From positions 1 to 34,873 of the forward strand of contig CAYMMR010000002.1 of NCBI GenBank assembly GCA_964391545.1: DNA of 34,873 nt, in the 5' to 3' direction. Source of the DNA: an uncultured Nitrospinota bacterium. Lineage in GTDB: Bacteria > Nitrospinota > Nitrospinia > UBA9942. The notes beneath the pieces were generated by a model. The model did not search any database. It had not been told where the DNA came from and saw nothing but the letters and a program-made list of their open reading frames with translations. Every line of letters begins with the position of its first letter. Within the stretch, counting starts at the first letter, position 1. Shown here piece by piece: positions 7,197 through 15,023 of the stretch. Position numbers and translations under genes: made by a program.

Positions 7197-8435
7197 CTAT
7201 CTTTTCAGATTCACTGCCTCGGTCAACATTTCATCCACTGTTGTAATTATCCTCGAGTTTGCCTGGTATCCCCTCTGTGTCTGAATCATAGTAACAAACT
7301 CCGTGCCGAGGTCAACATTCGACTGCTCCAGGGCGCTGCCTGCTATACTTCCGAAACCGCCTGCCCTGGCAAGGCCAAGAACAGGCTGTCCAGATGTCGC
7401 CGATTCTGCAAATAGGCTGTTACCGGTTCTTGTCAATCCCCATGGACTCGAAAAATTTGCCAATCCTACCTGCCTAAGATTCTGTGTTTGCCCGTTGCTG
7501 AATAATCCCGATATTATACCATCCTGGTCAACGGAGAGCGCCTTTAATGTTCCTGTAGCATAGCCGTCCTGAGTAAGGGCATTAGTAACGGAATTGGCAG
7601 CATAGCCTGTCATATCTCCGTAGGTGCTTCCTGTAGAGCTGTCTATAAGGTTCCATGTTACGCTTATAGGACTGGCTCCGCTGACACCGTTTATGGTAAT
7701 AGCCGGATTGGTGGTCGGCGAAGTAAGTTGCCCGGCAGTGCTAAAGGCAAGAGATCCCGTTCCACCGGTAACTGTAACAGAGCCGGATGCAGCGCCCGAT
7801 GTAGTCGCAGCCATAGAATAGTCCCAGTTGTTTCCCGACTGCTTTGTAAAGGAAATAGTCAGGGTAACCAACTGTCCTAAAGAGCTGTATAAATTGACGG
7901 CAGATTGAAATACCGTTCCGCTGCTGGCATTTGCATTAAGATTAGCCCCAAGCCTGAAATATGTAGATGCCTTTGGCTGGGACTGAACCCCTGATAAATC
8001 TATATCCGCCAATGAGCCTGTAGCCACTCCGTTGGTATCCAATTGATAACCCTGAACTACAAGTCCGTTAGGATTAACGAGCTTGCTGGCGCTGTCCAAT
8101 GTAAACTGCCCTGCCCTCGTATAATACCTTTCGGTCCCCTGATTTACAATAAAAAATCCTGTCCCCTGAACTGCCATATCCGTTGCATTTCCTGTTGTCT
8201 CGAAGGAACCCTGCGAGAAGCTTAAATTTACATTCTGGAGCATAGAGCCCCTGCCAATCTGGAGAGTCGCAGAGCCGTTCGAAACACTGTGCGAGAGAAT
8301 ATCCGCAAAGACAGACTTACTCCCTTTAAACCCCACCGTATTCACATTTGCGATATTATCGCCGATTACATTCATCGCCTGTCCATAGGTCATAAGACCG
8401 CTTACGCCGGAATACATCGAGCTTGCTAATGACAT
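7197..8435 (-). CDS. flgE: flagellar hook protein FlgE
   Basis: N-terminus MYSGVSGLMTYGQAMNVIGDNIANVNTVGFKGSK. C-terminus LEQSNVDLGTEFVTMIQTQRGYQANSRIITT. Confidence 0.92.
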   Translation of the reverse strand: MSLASSMYSGVSGLMTYGQAMNVIGDNIANVNTVGFKGSKSVFADILSHSVSNGSATLQIGRGSMLQNVNLSFSQGSFETTGNATDMAVQGTGFFIVNQGTERYYTRAGQFTLDSASKLVNPNGLVVQGYQLDTNGVATGSLADIDLSGVQSQPKASTYFRLGANLNANASSGTVFQSAVNLYSSLGQLVTLTISFTKQSGNNWDYSMAATTSGAASGSVTVTGGTGSLAFSTAGQLTSPTTNPAITINGVSGASPISVTWNLIDSSTGSTYGDMTGYAANSVTNALTQDGYATGTLKALSVDQDGIISGLFSNGQTQNLRQVGLANFSSPWGLTRTGNSLFAESATSGQPVLGLARAGGFGSIAGSALEQSNVDLGTEFVTMIQTQRGYQANSRIITTVDEMLTEAVNLKR

Positions 8436-8457
8436 ATATTACCTCCTTTTTATTTTA

Positions 8458-8522
8458 GTGCAAGTGAAAGTGTAAGCGCAAGTGAATTGTCTTTCTTTGC
8501 GCTTACATTCCCGCTTACACTT
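8458..8522. repeat. periodic-arm hairpin, 6-nt units: GTGCAA GTGAAA GTGTAA GCGCAA GTGAA - spacer - TTGCGC TTACAT TCCCGC TTACAC
   Basis: Between the flgE start and the flgD stop. The right arm overlaps the flgD stop codon. Confidence 0.85.
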
Positions 8523-9192
8523 AATTTATATTGTTTACCTCGAGGACACTGCCAAGCGAAACCCTCTGCCCTCCCACCGAGAGAAGCGTATTGCCGTTAT
8601 CAAAGGATACCCCTGTTACCTGTCCTCTTATAAGAGGAGTAACGGATATATCCGTTCCTGCGGGGTCCTTTGCCGAAACCATAAAAGAATATGTTCCATC
8701 CGATAAGGAATTACCGCTGCTGTCCTTTCCATCCCAGACAAAAGAATTCTCTCCTGCATCCTGAGAAGACATGGAAACCGTCCTGACCAAATCTCCCCTA
8801 TAATCGTAGATGTTTACCCTTACCTCTTTTGCGGCAGATGAAAGTTTATAATTTATCTCCGAAGACGTTTCGGCAGAAAGCTTGATGCTGTTTCCTTCGG
8901 ACTTTATCTCCCTGCCTATGATGCTAACCGCCTGGGTGTTATTGAGAGAAGACTGGGTCATCTGGATGTTTTTAAGGTTTTCATTTACATTAAACATCTG
9001 CTCCAGAGAGCTGAACTGCGCCAGTTGTGCGGTAAACTCGGTATTTTGTATAGGATTCATCGGGTCCTGATTTTTCATCTGCGCCACAAGCATTGTAAGA
9101 AAGGCATCCTTTCCAAGGGCTTTATTGTTTTTTGAGCCGTCAGCGCTCTCAGAGCCATTCGAATATATAAACTGAGAATCTAAAACCTGCAT
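8521..9192 (-). CDS. flgD: flagellar hook assembly/capping protein FlgD
   Basis: KDAFLTMLVAQMKNQDPMNPIQNTEFTAQLAQFSSLEQ motif. C-terminal FlgD Ig-like region. Confidence 0.9.
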   Translation of the reverse strand: MQVLDSQFIYSNGSESADGSKNNKALGKDAFLTMLVAQMKNQDPMNPIQNTEFTAQLAQFSSLEQMFNVNENLKNIQMTQSSLNNTQAVSIIGREIKSEGNSIKLSAETSSEINYKLSSAAKEVRVNIYDYRGDLVRTVSMSSQDAGENSFVWDGKDSSGNSLSDGTYSFMVSAKDPAGTDISVTPLIRGQVTGVSFDNGNTLLSVGGQRVSLGSVLEVNNIN

Positions 9193-9217
9193 TTTTAACC
9201 TCCCTTTAGCTACAGCA

Positions 9218-9270
9218 GTTGAGTTGTTAAGTTGTTGAGTTGTTTAACTACTTAACTACTAAACTACTTA
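9218..9270. repeat. periodic-arm hairpin, 8-nt units: (GTTGAGTT/GTTAAGTT)x3.4 directly abutting (AACTACTT/AACTACTA)x3
   Basis: Intergenic between the fliK stop (9283) and the flgD start (9192). Confidence 0.85.
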
Positions 9271-9282
9271 AAAGCTGAATTG

Positions 9283-10770
9283 CTAAATAAAAATATTAAT
9301 TATATTCCGGCTATCTATATTGCCTATAGCCTCTATTTTCTTATCGGTTAAATTTACCGCATTAGGTTCGGAGGCATCGGACTGTTCTGCATTGTGCATC
9401 AAGTCATGTTTTCCGTTTTTATAATCGTATCCGTTCCCTACCAAAACGGAAAACTGGTCTACCTTAATTCCGGAGTCGGATAAAGAACGTTTGAGATCTC
9501 CGAGATTGGATTCTATAACTTCCTTTACTAACGGCGTATCCGCCACCATCGTGGCTTTCATATTATTGGATTCCATGCTGACCTTAATATGAACGGAGCC
9601 GAGAGAAGGGGGGTCGAGATGTATCTTTATCTCATTTTTTTCGCCCCGTATAAAAATAGCGGCCTTTTCGACAATTTGACTTATAACGGCCTTATCGATA
9701 ATCGTCTTCTGAGATTGGGCAATATTTTCCACCCCGGACTTACCGGTAGAATCGCCCTGTTTTAAAACCGCATATTCCTTTGCATTCAAAGAAAAATTAT
9801 CGCCGCCGGAGAGGTCAAAATCTATATTCTGCTCGTTTCCTTCACCCTGCGATACGGCCGGAGCTAATGCAGCAATATTACCGCTCTTATCGGATGATTT
9901 TACTATTTTCACTTCTCCTGCTGGAATTTTCGCCTGCGGAGGCAAATCTAAGGAAACACCGTCAGCTTCGGAGAGATCGAGCAGAGAAGAATTTTCAAGC
10001 TTGCCTGAAATAATATTTTTAATCTCCTTTAATGTATACAATGCCCCCGAATCTGTCTGCCCTATGCGAAGCGGATTAACCATATCCCCTTTTTTCAAAG
10101 TATCGAGGATAGGCTCTGAAAAAGCATTTTCTATGTTAGGCGCTGTCTTCTGCTGCGGTTCATCCGAGGCAATCCGTTTAATATTGCTTAACATCTCATT
10201 GTAATTCTTTGAGAACTTTAAAACAGGCATAATGCTGTTTTCGCTATTTATTTTTTCGGCATGGACAGAATCGAATGCAGAGTTACCCCGGACGATTACT
10301 TGGGCTGCCATCTCTTTTGCAGTCTCTTCGCTAAAACCTAAATTTTCAAGAAAATCCACTGCCTTAATATCAGGGGATGAATTTGTCCCACCCATTGACT
10401 GCAATGCAGCCTTAATATCCTCGCTGCCGAATCCCATCATCGAGAGAAAAATAGAGGCGCTCATTTCTGTTATAACAGTATCGCTCGCCTCCATAATATT
10501 ACTTCCATTGACAACAGCCTGTAATTGAATGCTTAAATCCTTAGATGCAGCATCGTCGCTATAAGTTTCTGTATTGCAAACCTCGCATGTAAGATTATCT
10601 TTGACAGGACTGCCGGATCCGCCGCCAATTTCCTTATTTATTGCTTCGTTAAAATAGACGGGAAAATCATTTTCTCCACTCTCTGTATCTAAATTGTCAT
10701 CCGGTGCAGAGGGCTGAGTTATTGCCTGTAACTGCGAGAGCACATTTGCTGCCAAAATAGCTGTTTCCAT
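9283..10770 (-). CDS. fliK: flagellar hook-length control protein FliK
   Basis: C-terminal FliK domain IKIHLDPPSLGSVHIKVSMESNNMKATMVADTPLVKEVIESNLGDLKRSL. Sits in fliK-flgD-flgE synteny. SD sequence AAGGAG 7 nt upstream. Confidence 0.8.
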   Translation of the reverse strand: METAILAANVLSQLQAITQPSAPDDNLDTESGENDFPVYFNEAINKEIGGGSGSPVKDNLTCEVCNTETYSDDAASKDLSIQLQAVVNGSNIMEASDTVITEMSASIFLSMMGFGSEDIKAALQSMGGTNSSPDIKAVDFLENLGFSEETAKEMAAQVIVRGNSAFDSVHAEKINSENSIMPVLKFSKNYNEMLSNIKRIASDEPQQKTAPNIENAFSEPILDTLKKGDMVNPLRIGQTDSGALYTLKEIKNIISGKLENSSLLDLSEADGVSLDLPPQAKIPAGEVKIVKSSDKSGNIAALAPAVSQGEGNEQNIDFDLSGGDNFSLNAKEYAVLKQGDSTGKSGVENIAQSQKTIIDKAVISQIVEKAAIFIRGEKNEIKIHLDPPSLGSVHIKVSMESNNMKATMVADTPLVKEVIESNLGDLKRSLSDSGIKVDQFSVLVGNGYDYKNGKHDLMHNAEQSDASEPNAVNLTDKKIEAIGNIDSRNIINIFI

Positions 10771-10795
10771 AAAATCTCCTTTCGCTCTCTATTAA

Positions 10796-10811
10796 AGCAA
10801 ATGCCATGCCA
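10796..10811 (-). promoter_or_regulatory. sigma54 (-24/-12) promoter of the fliK-flgD-flgE operon
   Basis: The minus strand reads TGGCATGGCATTTGCT (GG-N10-GC; consensus TGGCAC-N5-TTGCW). It is 25 nt upstream of the fliK ATG and is followed by AAAGGAGATTTTATG. Confidence 0.75.
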
Positions 10812-10953
10812 AACCTCTCTGTATTTATAACGCCTTTAATTACAATATGTTATTTGATTGAAGATTTGCTATTGCGGCAGGGGAAAAGAAAAATTTGCCT
10901 ATGGACAGGAAATTTTTAGAACAAAGACTTGATTTTAGACGGGACATACAGAG

Positions 10954-10979
10954 CTTGTCCTGAGCGAAGTCGAAGGAAT
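10954..10979. repeat. partial GTCCTGAGCGAAGTCGAAGG-type repeat fragment
   Basis: CTTGTCCTGAGCGAAGTCGAAGGAAT resembles the half-sites of widespread REP-like elements. Only one arm is present. Confidence 0.4.
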
Positions 10980-11040
10980 AAAGCAGGATAAAAAATATTC
11001 AAAAATAATCCTCTCAATCCTGTCAAGTTTTTATAATTTC

Positions 11041-11065
11041 TTCTGGATTCTGGATTCTGAATTCT
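11041..11065. repeat. heptamer array TTCTGGA TTCTGGA TTCTGAA TTCT with a weak upstream partner (AATCCTCTCAATCCTGTCAAG, about 11006-11027)
   Basis: Read directly, just upstream of the DUF3343 start. Confidence 0.6.
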
Positions 11066-11080
11066 ATATTCTTATATTCT

Positions 11081-11323
11081 ATGAGGAATATAGCCCTATT
11101 CATAAGCACACACGAAACATTGCGGGCAGAGAAATTTTTAGAGGCAGGCGGCATCGTCTTCAAAACCGTTATAAAGCCCCGCAATATTACATCCGAATGC
11201 GGCATGGGATTGGAATTCGACAGTAATGATAAAGATAGGGCATTAAAAATATGCCAACAGAATAATTTAAGATTGACAGGTATATTCCTCTTAAAAAGTG
11301 ACGGCTCTTGGGAAAAAATCTAA
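11081..11323 (+). CDS. DUF3343 domain protein
   Basis: 80 aa. The FISTHETLRAEKFLEAGGIVFKTVIKPRNITSECGMGLEF pattern is typical of DUF3343. Confidence 0.55.
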   Translation: MRNIALFISTHETLRAEKFLEAGGIVFKTVIKPRNITSECGMGLEFDSNDKDRALKICQQNNLRLTGIFLLKSDGSWEKI

Positions 11324-11363
11324 CACATCTATATATCCTTGCATAATTAAAGCGACATAAAGT

Positions 11364-11445
11364 GTCATTGCGAGGAGCGTCAGCGACGAAGCAATCTCTT
11401 GATTTACCAACAGGTTTAGATTGCTTCGCTGCCGCTCGCAATGAC
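11364..11445. repeat. GTCATTGCGAG-type palindromic (REP-like) element, copy 1
   Basis: GTCATTGCGAGGAGCGTCAGCGACGAAGCAATCT ... AGATTGCTTCGCTGCCGCTCGCAATGAC. Confidence 0.85.
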
Positions 11446-11512
11446 AAACTATTGATGCGTTATCTATACAAGGCTATATAAAACCCCCCTTAAATAAAAA
11501 AATCGCTAATAT

Positions 11513-11539
11513 TAAAGTTATTTTGTTTTTTGCCGATAT
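11513..11539 (+). promoter_or_regulatory. sigma28 (FliA) promoter
   Basis: TAAAGTTA-N11-GCCGATAT versus consensus TAAAGTTT-N11-GCCGATAA (14/16 matches). About 110 nt upstream of the ATG at 11650. Confidence 0.75.
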
Positions 11540-11649
11540 TAAAGATAGGGAGTTTTTTAATTCATATTAAATGTTATTCATGAATCAATTCTATAGGCAA
11601 TATCGGCATAGATATTGATTTCTTGAGTTTAAAAAAGGAGGTGATTAAA

Positions 11650-11916
11650 ATGGCAACGGTTGGAGCCGTATCGAACAAAGGACAATCTCAGAATTTAGCC
11701 CAGGCAATGAGGGGCGAGCAAAAGGATCAGGCAAGCCAGACGCAGAAGAAGCAGACAAAGAGAATCGAAAAAAGGCAGAGCCAGGCAGTCGAGAAATTGA
11801 CTGACGCTTCCGAGCAGCCAAAGAGCACAGAAGAGTTAAAAAACAGAAACCAAACAGCAAAGGCAAGCGCATCGAAGATGACTGCCAAAGGGGCAAAGCT
11901 GGATAAGGTGGCGTAA
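11650..11916 (+). CDS. small Lys/Gln-rich basic protein, predicted sigma28 (class III flagellar) regulon member
   Basis: The ATG at 11650 follows a strong SD (AAAAAGGAGGTGATTAAAATG). 88 aa, low complexity. A near-consensus sigma28 promoter lies about 110 nt upstream. No family recognised. Confidence 0.55.
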   Translation: MATVGAVSNKGQSQNLAQAMRGEQKDQASQTQKKQTKRIEKRQSQAVEKLTDASEQPKSTEELKNRNQTAKASASKMTAKGAKLDKVA

Positions 11917-11942
11917 AAAGAGTTTAGGGATTAACGAAAGTT

Positions 11943-12009
11943 GTCATTGCGAGGGCGCAGCCCGAAGCAATCTCAAAAGAGGATTGCTTCGCCTTCGGCT
12001 CGCAATGAC
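11943..12009. repeat. GTCATTGCGAG-type palindromic (REP-like) element, copy 2
   Basis: GTCATTGCGAGGGCGCAGCCCGAAGCAATCT CAAAAGAGG ATTGCTTCGCCTTCGGCTCGCAATGAC. It starts 27 nt after the small-ORF stop codon. Confidence 0.85.
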
Positions 12010-12061
12010 ATACCCATATAAACTACAGTAAAATTATTTATGCCGTTCACTATAACTCTTT

Positions 12062-14467
12062 ATGATAAATAATGTCTCGTCATATCTGAATTATCAGGGA
12101 CACGGCATGATCGAGCGGTATCCCAGGGATTTGAGCATCTCCTATGTAACCGCCCATGAGATGAGACATGCCGTTCATAACGACCTTACCGCCCTCGCAA
12201 AAAAATTAGATGTGGAGCAGGATATTTCCTATAAGGTCTCAATCTCCGGTGGAAGATTGATTGCTTTGCAAGGCAAGACAGAGGCTGATTTCAAAAAAAA
12301 AGAAGCCCAGGGGCTTTCTTCTTTAGCATCGAAAGAAGCCTCTCCTTCCGCTAAAGACGAGCTCGAAAGCTATCTAAAAGTAACACGGTTAAATCGTCTT
12401 AAAGACAGCTATGAGGAACGATTAAGGGAGATAAAGAATGTGGCAAGGGGCAAGCCTGCTCCTGCAAGTAGTAAGCAGGGGGGACAAGGGGCAAGGGATA
12501 ATAATAATTTTATTTTAAAATCGGAATCATTGGATAAAGATGCAGGACAGATTATCACGGATAACACGCCATCCGATAACTCCGTTAAAAGAGAGATGGA
12601 GAAGCTGAGGCTGCGGAACGAGATAAAACTGATTGACGACCGTATCGGCGATATAGAAGACAGAAAAATATTGAATGAGATGATAGATGAGTCGAGAGCC
12701 GGGAGCCGGGGGTCGGAGGCAGAGGGTCGGGGATCGGAAGAAAATCATACGGATTTCATAAAACTGAGGAACGGCATAAGCGATGTCGTTGCCGGTTCTT
12801 TTTGGTTCATGGAAAGAGGTGTCCCGGGTGTAATCCTTATTGACGGCGCAGGCTCGGCAGTAAAGGCAAAAGATACTTTGAAAGAATTGGAAAAAACACC
12901 TAACAATTCACAGATTGCCGATAAAATCAACTTCGGGTCAAGGTTTCTCAATCTCAAAGATTCGAGCTTCGACGACCTGTCAAAAAATCTCTCGTCTCTG
13001 GGCGTCAGTTCTCAATCCCTTTCAAATAAAGAGAGCTTTAATATCCATAAAGGCATCTCATCAAACAGCGATATAGCCGATGTTCGCACAGGCTTTGGAA
13101 GCCCTAATGGAATATATAAAATAAAGGCGGAACAAACGGCGTCAGGGCATCGGATTGCGTCAAACGAATTCTCAGACCCTTATAAATCGCTTAATCTGCC
13201 GGGAAACTTTACTATAAACGGTTATACAATATCCGTAACTGCCTCGGATTCGCTCGCCGATATAAAGGATAAGATAAATTTCGGCGAAGATATAAATAAA
13301 AATGGGGGATTAGACCTGTCCGAAGATTTGAATAACAACGGGGCTATTGACAGCTTTTTCGTTAAAGGGGTAAAGTCGGGCGGCGTCTACATAGGCTCCG
13401 TATCGATATTCGAGGATATAGATTCGAACAGGCAGCTCGATTCGAGCGAGGACATCAATAATAACGAAAGACTGGACGGCGGCAGCGGCCGGATAAATGT
13501 TACTGCGTCAATAGAAAGAAACAGGCTTATGCTTACCGCCACACTTCAAGGAGATAAAAAGATAAGCCTGACAGATACGGATGGAATACTCCTTTCGCTC
13601 GGTTTTTTTCAATTGGACGGAAAGGGCGTATCCGTGCAGAAGGAGCAGCAACTCTTAGCAACAGGGGAAAATCTGAATAAAGAGCCTCAAAAAGCCGTAA
13701 TAAGCGTAAACGGAATAAAATATGAAAGAAATACAAATAACATCAACGATATAATCCCGGATACCGCCATAAATATTAAAAAGGCATCGGACTCGGATAT
13801 AACGGTTACAATATCGTCGGACATCGATCGGGCTTTAAATAATATAAAAGGTTTTGTTAATAGTTTTAATAACACATTAAAATTTATAAACGATCAGATT
13901 GCATCGGACAGGATGCTGAATAAAGACCCTGCAGTTCAGAATATAAGAAAAGATATGGTTGATAATGCCTATAATGAAATACAGTCCGATGACGGAAGCA
14001 ATCGCATATCCGAAATAGGCATAGAAAAGGACAAAAGCGAGAAGAGAAGCTTTAATCAGGTTTCTCTGACAAACCTCCTCAAAAATCTAAAGGAGCATCT
14101 TGCCGCTCCCCCTTCCAAAGGAGGAAACTCGATATTTGCCGGCCTCGATGAGGTGGGTATAACATCCATTGAAAACGACACTATGAAGATTAACGAAGAC
14201 AGGCTTAAGGAGTCATTGAAAAATAATATTGACGGCTCGTATAAAATATTATCCGGAGCCGGCGGCAGCGTAACCAATAGGCTTAAAAGTCAAATGGATT
14301 CTGCGCTCAATCCAAAGACAGGAGCTATAAAATTCAGGAAGGATGTGATAAGCTATTACATACAAAATCAAAATGTTGTAAGGGATTTCTTGAAGGACAA
14401 ACAAACCATATCCCAGACAAAAATAGAAGGCAAGTCAAAGACAACCGTGCTGTCGAAGGTCGCATAA
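12062..14467 (+). CDS. fliD: atypical FliD-like flagellar filament cap protein (HExxH-containing N-terminal region, DxNxNG Ca-loop insert)
   Basis: Central and C-terminal FliD-like blocks: GNFTINGYTISVTASDSLADIKDKINF, AVISVNGIKYERNTNNINDIIPDTAINIKK..ITVTISSDIDRALNNIKGFVNSFNNTLKFINDQ, and LDEVGITSIENDTMKINEDRLKESLKNN. The N-terminus lacks a recognisable FliD_N and carries VTAHEMRH. The start is uncertain (ATG 12062 has no SD; ATG 12107 follows AGGGA). Confidence 0.55.
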   Translation: MINNVSSYLNYQGHGMIERYPRDLSISYVTAHEMRHAVHNDLTALAKKLDVEQDISYKVSISGGRLIALQGKTEADFKKKEAQGLSSLASKEASPSAKDELESYLKVTRLNRLKDSYEERLREIKNVARGKPAPASSKQGGQGARDNNNFILKSESLDKDAGQIITDNTPSDNSVKREMEKLRLRNEIKLIDDRIGDIEDRKILNEMIDESRAGSRGSEAEGRGSEENHTDFIKLRNGISDVVAGSFWFMERGVPGVILIDGAGSAVKAKDTLKELEKTPNNSQIADKINFGSRFLNLKDSSFDDLSKNLSSLGVSSQSLSNKESFNIHKGISSNSDIADVRTGFGSPNGIYKIKAEQTASGHRIASNEFSDPYKSLNLPGNFTINGYTISVTASDSLADIKDKINFGEDINKNGGLDLSEDLNNNGAIDSFFVKGVKSGGVYIGSVSIFEDIDSNRQLDSSEDINNNERLDGGSGRINVTASIERNRLMLTATLQGDKKISLTDTDGILLSLGFFQLDGKGVSVQKEQQLLATGENLNKEPQKAVISVNGIKYERNTNNINDIIPDTAINIKKASDSDITVTISSDIDRALNNIKGFVNSFNNTLKFINDQIASDRMLNKDPAVQNIRKDMVDNAYNEIQSDDGSNRISEIGIEKDKSEKRSFNQVSLTNLLKNLKEHLAAPPSKGGNSIFAGLDEVGITSIENDTMKINEDRLKESLKNNIDGSYKILSGAGGSVTNRLKSQMDSALNPKTGAIKFRKDVISYYIQNQNVVRDFLKDKQTISQTKIEGKSKTTVLSKVA
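12442..12498. repeat. two short GGGGCAA-type heptamer runs (12442-12454, 12478-12498) inside the FliD-like CDS
   Basis: Same unit and same plus-strand orientation as the GGGGCAA arms elsewhere. No CATGACC partner arm. Encodes ARGK..QGGQGARD. Confidence 0.7.
12696..12737. repeat. single-arm degenerate heptamer array GAGCCGG GAGCCGG GGGTCGG AGGCAGA GGGTCGG GGATCGG inside the FliD-like CDS
   Basis: Read directly. Encodes RAGSRGSEAEGRGSE. Confidence 0.8.
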
Positions 14468-14874
14468 TGGGCAAAGACATAATTAATTATCTCAAAGAGG
14501 AATTAGATTGTTACGAAGCCATACTTTCTTTAACCAGGCGACAAAGAGATGCCTTGATAAAGGGCAAAGATAATGCAATCGGGGAAATAATTAAAGAAAA
14601 GGATATATTGATTAATAAGGTTAAGGAGATTGATAAAAATATCGAACGGCTATCAGCCGTCGGCTATCAACCGTCAGTAAAATCTTTAATGGAGAAAATA
14701 GAAACGATATTAAGGGAAACTGTTGAGATAGAAAATGAATGCAGAAGAATAATAGTAAATAATATGAACAGCCTGTCTAACGACATAAAGGGGCTGGGCA
14801 AGGGGAAGCAAATAGCGCGCGGATATTCTGAAAAGGGTATCTATACCCCCAAGTTTATAAGAACAAAAACTTAG
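14467..14874 (+). CDS. FlgN-like flagellar export chaperone
   Basis: 135 aa, helical. The LKEELDCYEAILSLTRRQRDALIKGKDNAIGEIIKEKDILINKV pattern resembles FlgN. The start overlaps the fliD-like stop (TAATG). Confidence 0.45.
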   Translation: MGKDIINYLKEELDCYEAILSLTRRQRDALIKGKDNAIGEIIKEKDILINKVKEIDKNIERLSAVGYQPSVKSLMEKIETILRETVEIENECRRIIVNNMNSLSNDIKGLGKGKQIARGYSEKGIYTPKFIRTKT

Positions 14875-14998
14875 TTTCACCACAAAGACACAAAGGTCAC
14901 AAAGAAGAAAGGAGAAAGTGAGAAAGAAAAAAATATTTTTCCTCCATTTCTCAATTATCTTTTTCTTTTTTATTTCCTTTGTGTTCTTTGTGGTGAAA
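14875..14998. repeat. long (~124 nt) imperfect hairpin with CACAAAG/GAGAAAG-type periodic arms; possible terminator of the fliD-like/flgN-like unit
   Basis: TTTCACCACAAAGACACAAAGG... pairs with ...CCTTTGTGTTCTTTGTGGTGAAA. It starts 1 nt after the flgN-like stop codon. Confidence 0.75.
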
Positions 14999-15023
14999 GG
15001 GTTTTATAAAGAGGCGAACGATT

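Noticed and set aside
11187-11447. 86-aa minus-strand ORF (MSLRAAAKQSKPV...), and the 60-aa ORF 11023-11205
   Set aside because: The ORF starts inside the GTCATTGCGAG palindrome and runs antisense across the 3' part of the DUF3343 gene. This is the typical spurious ORF generated by this repeat type.
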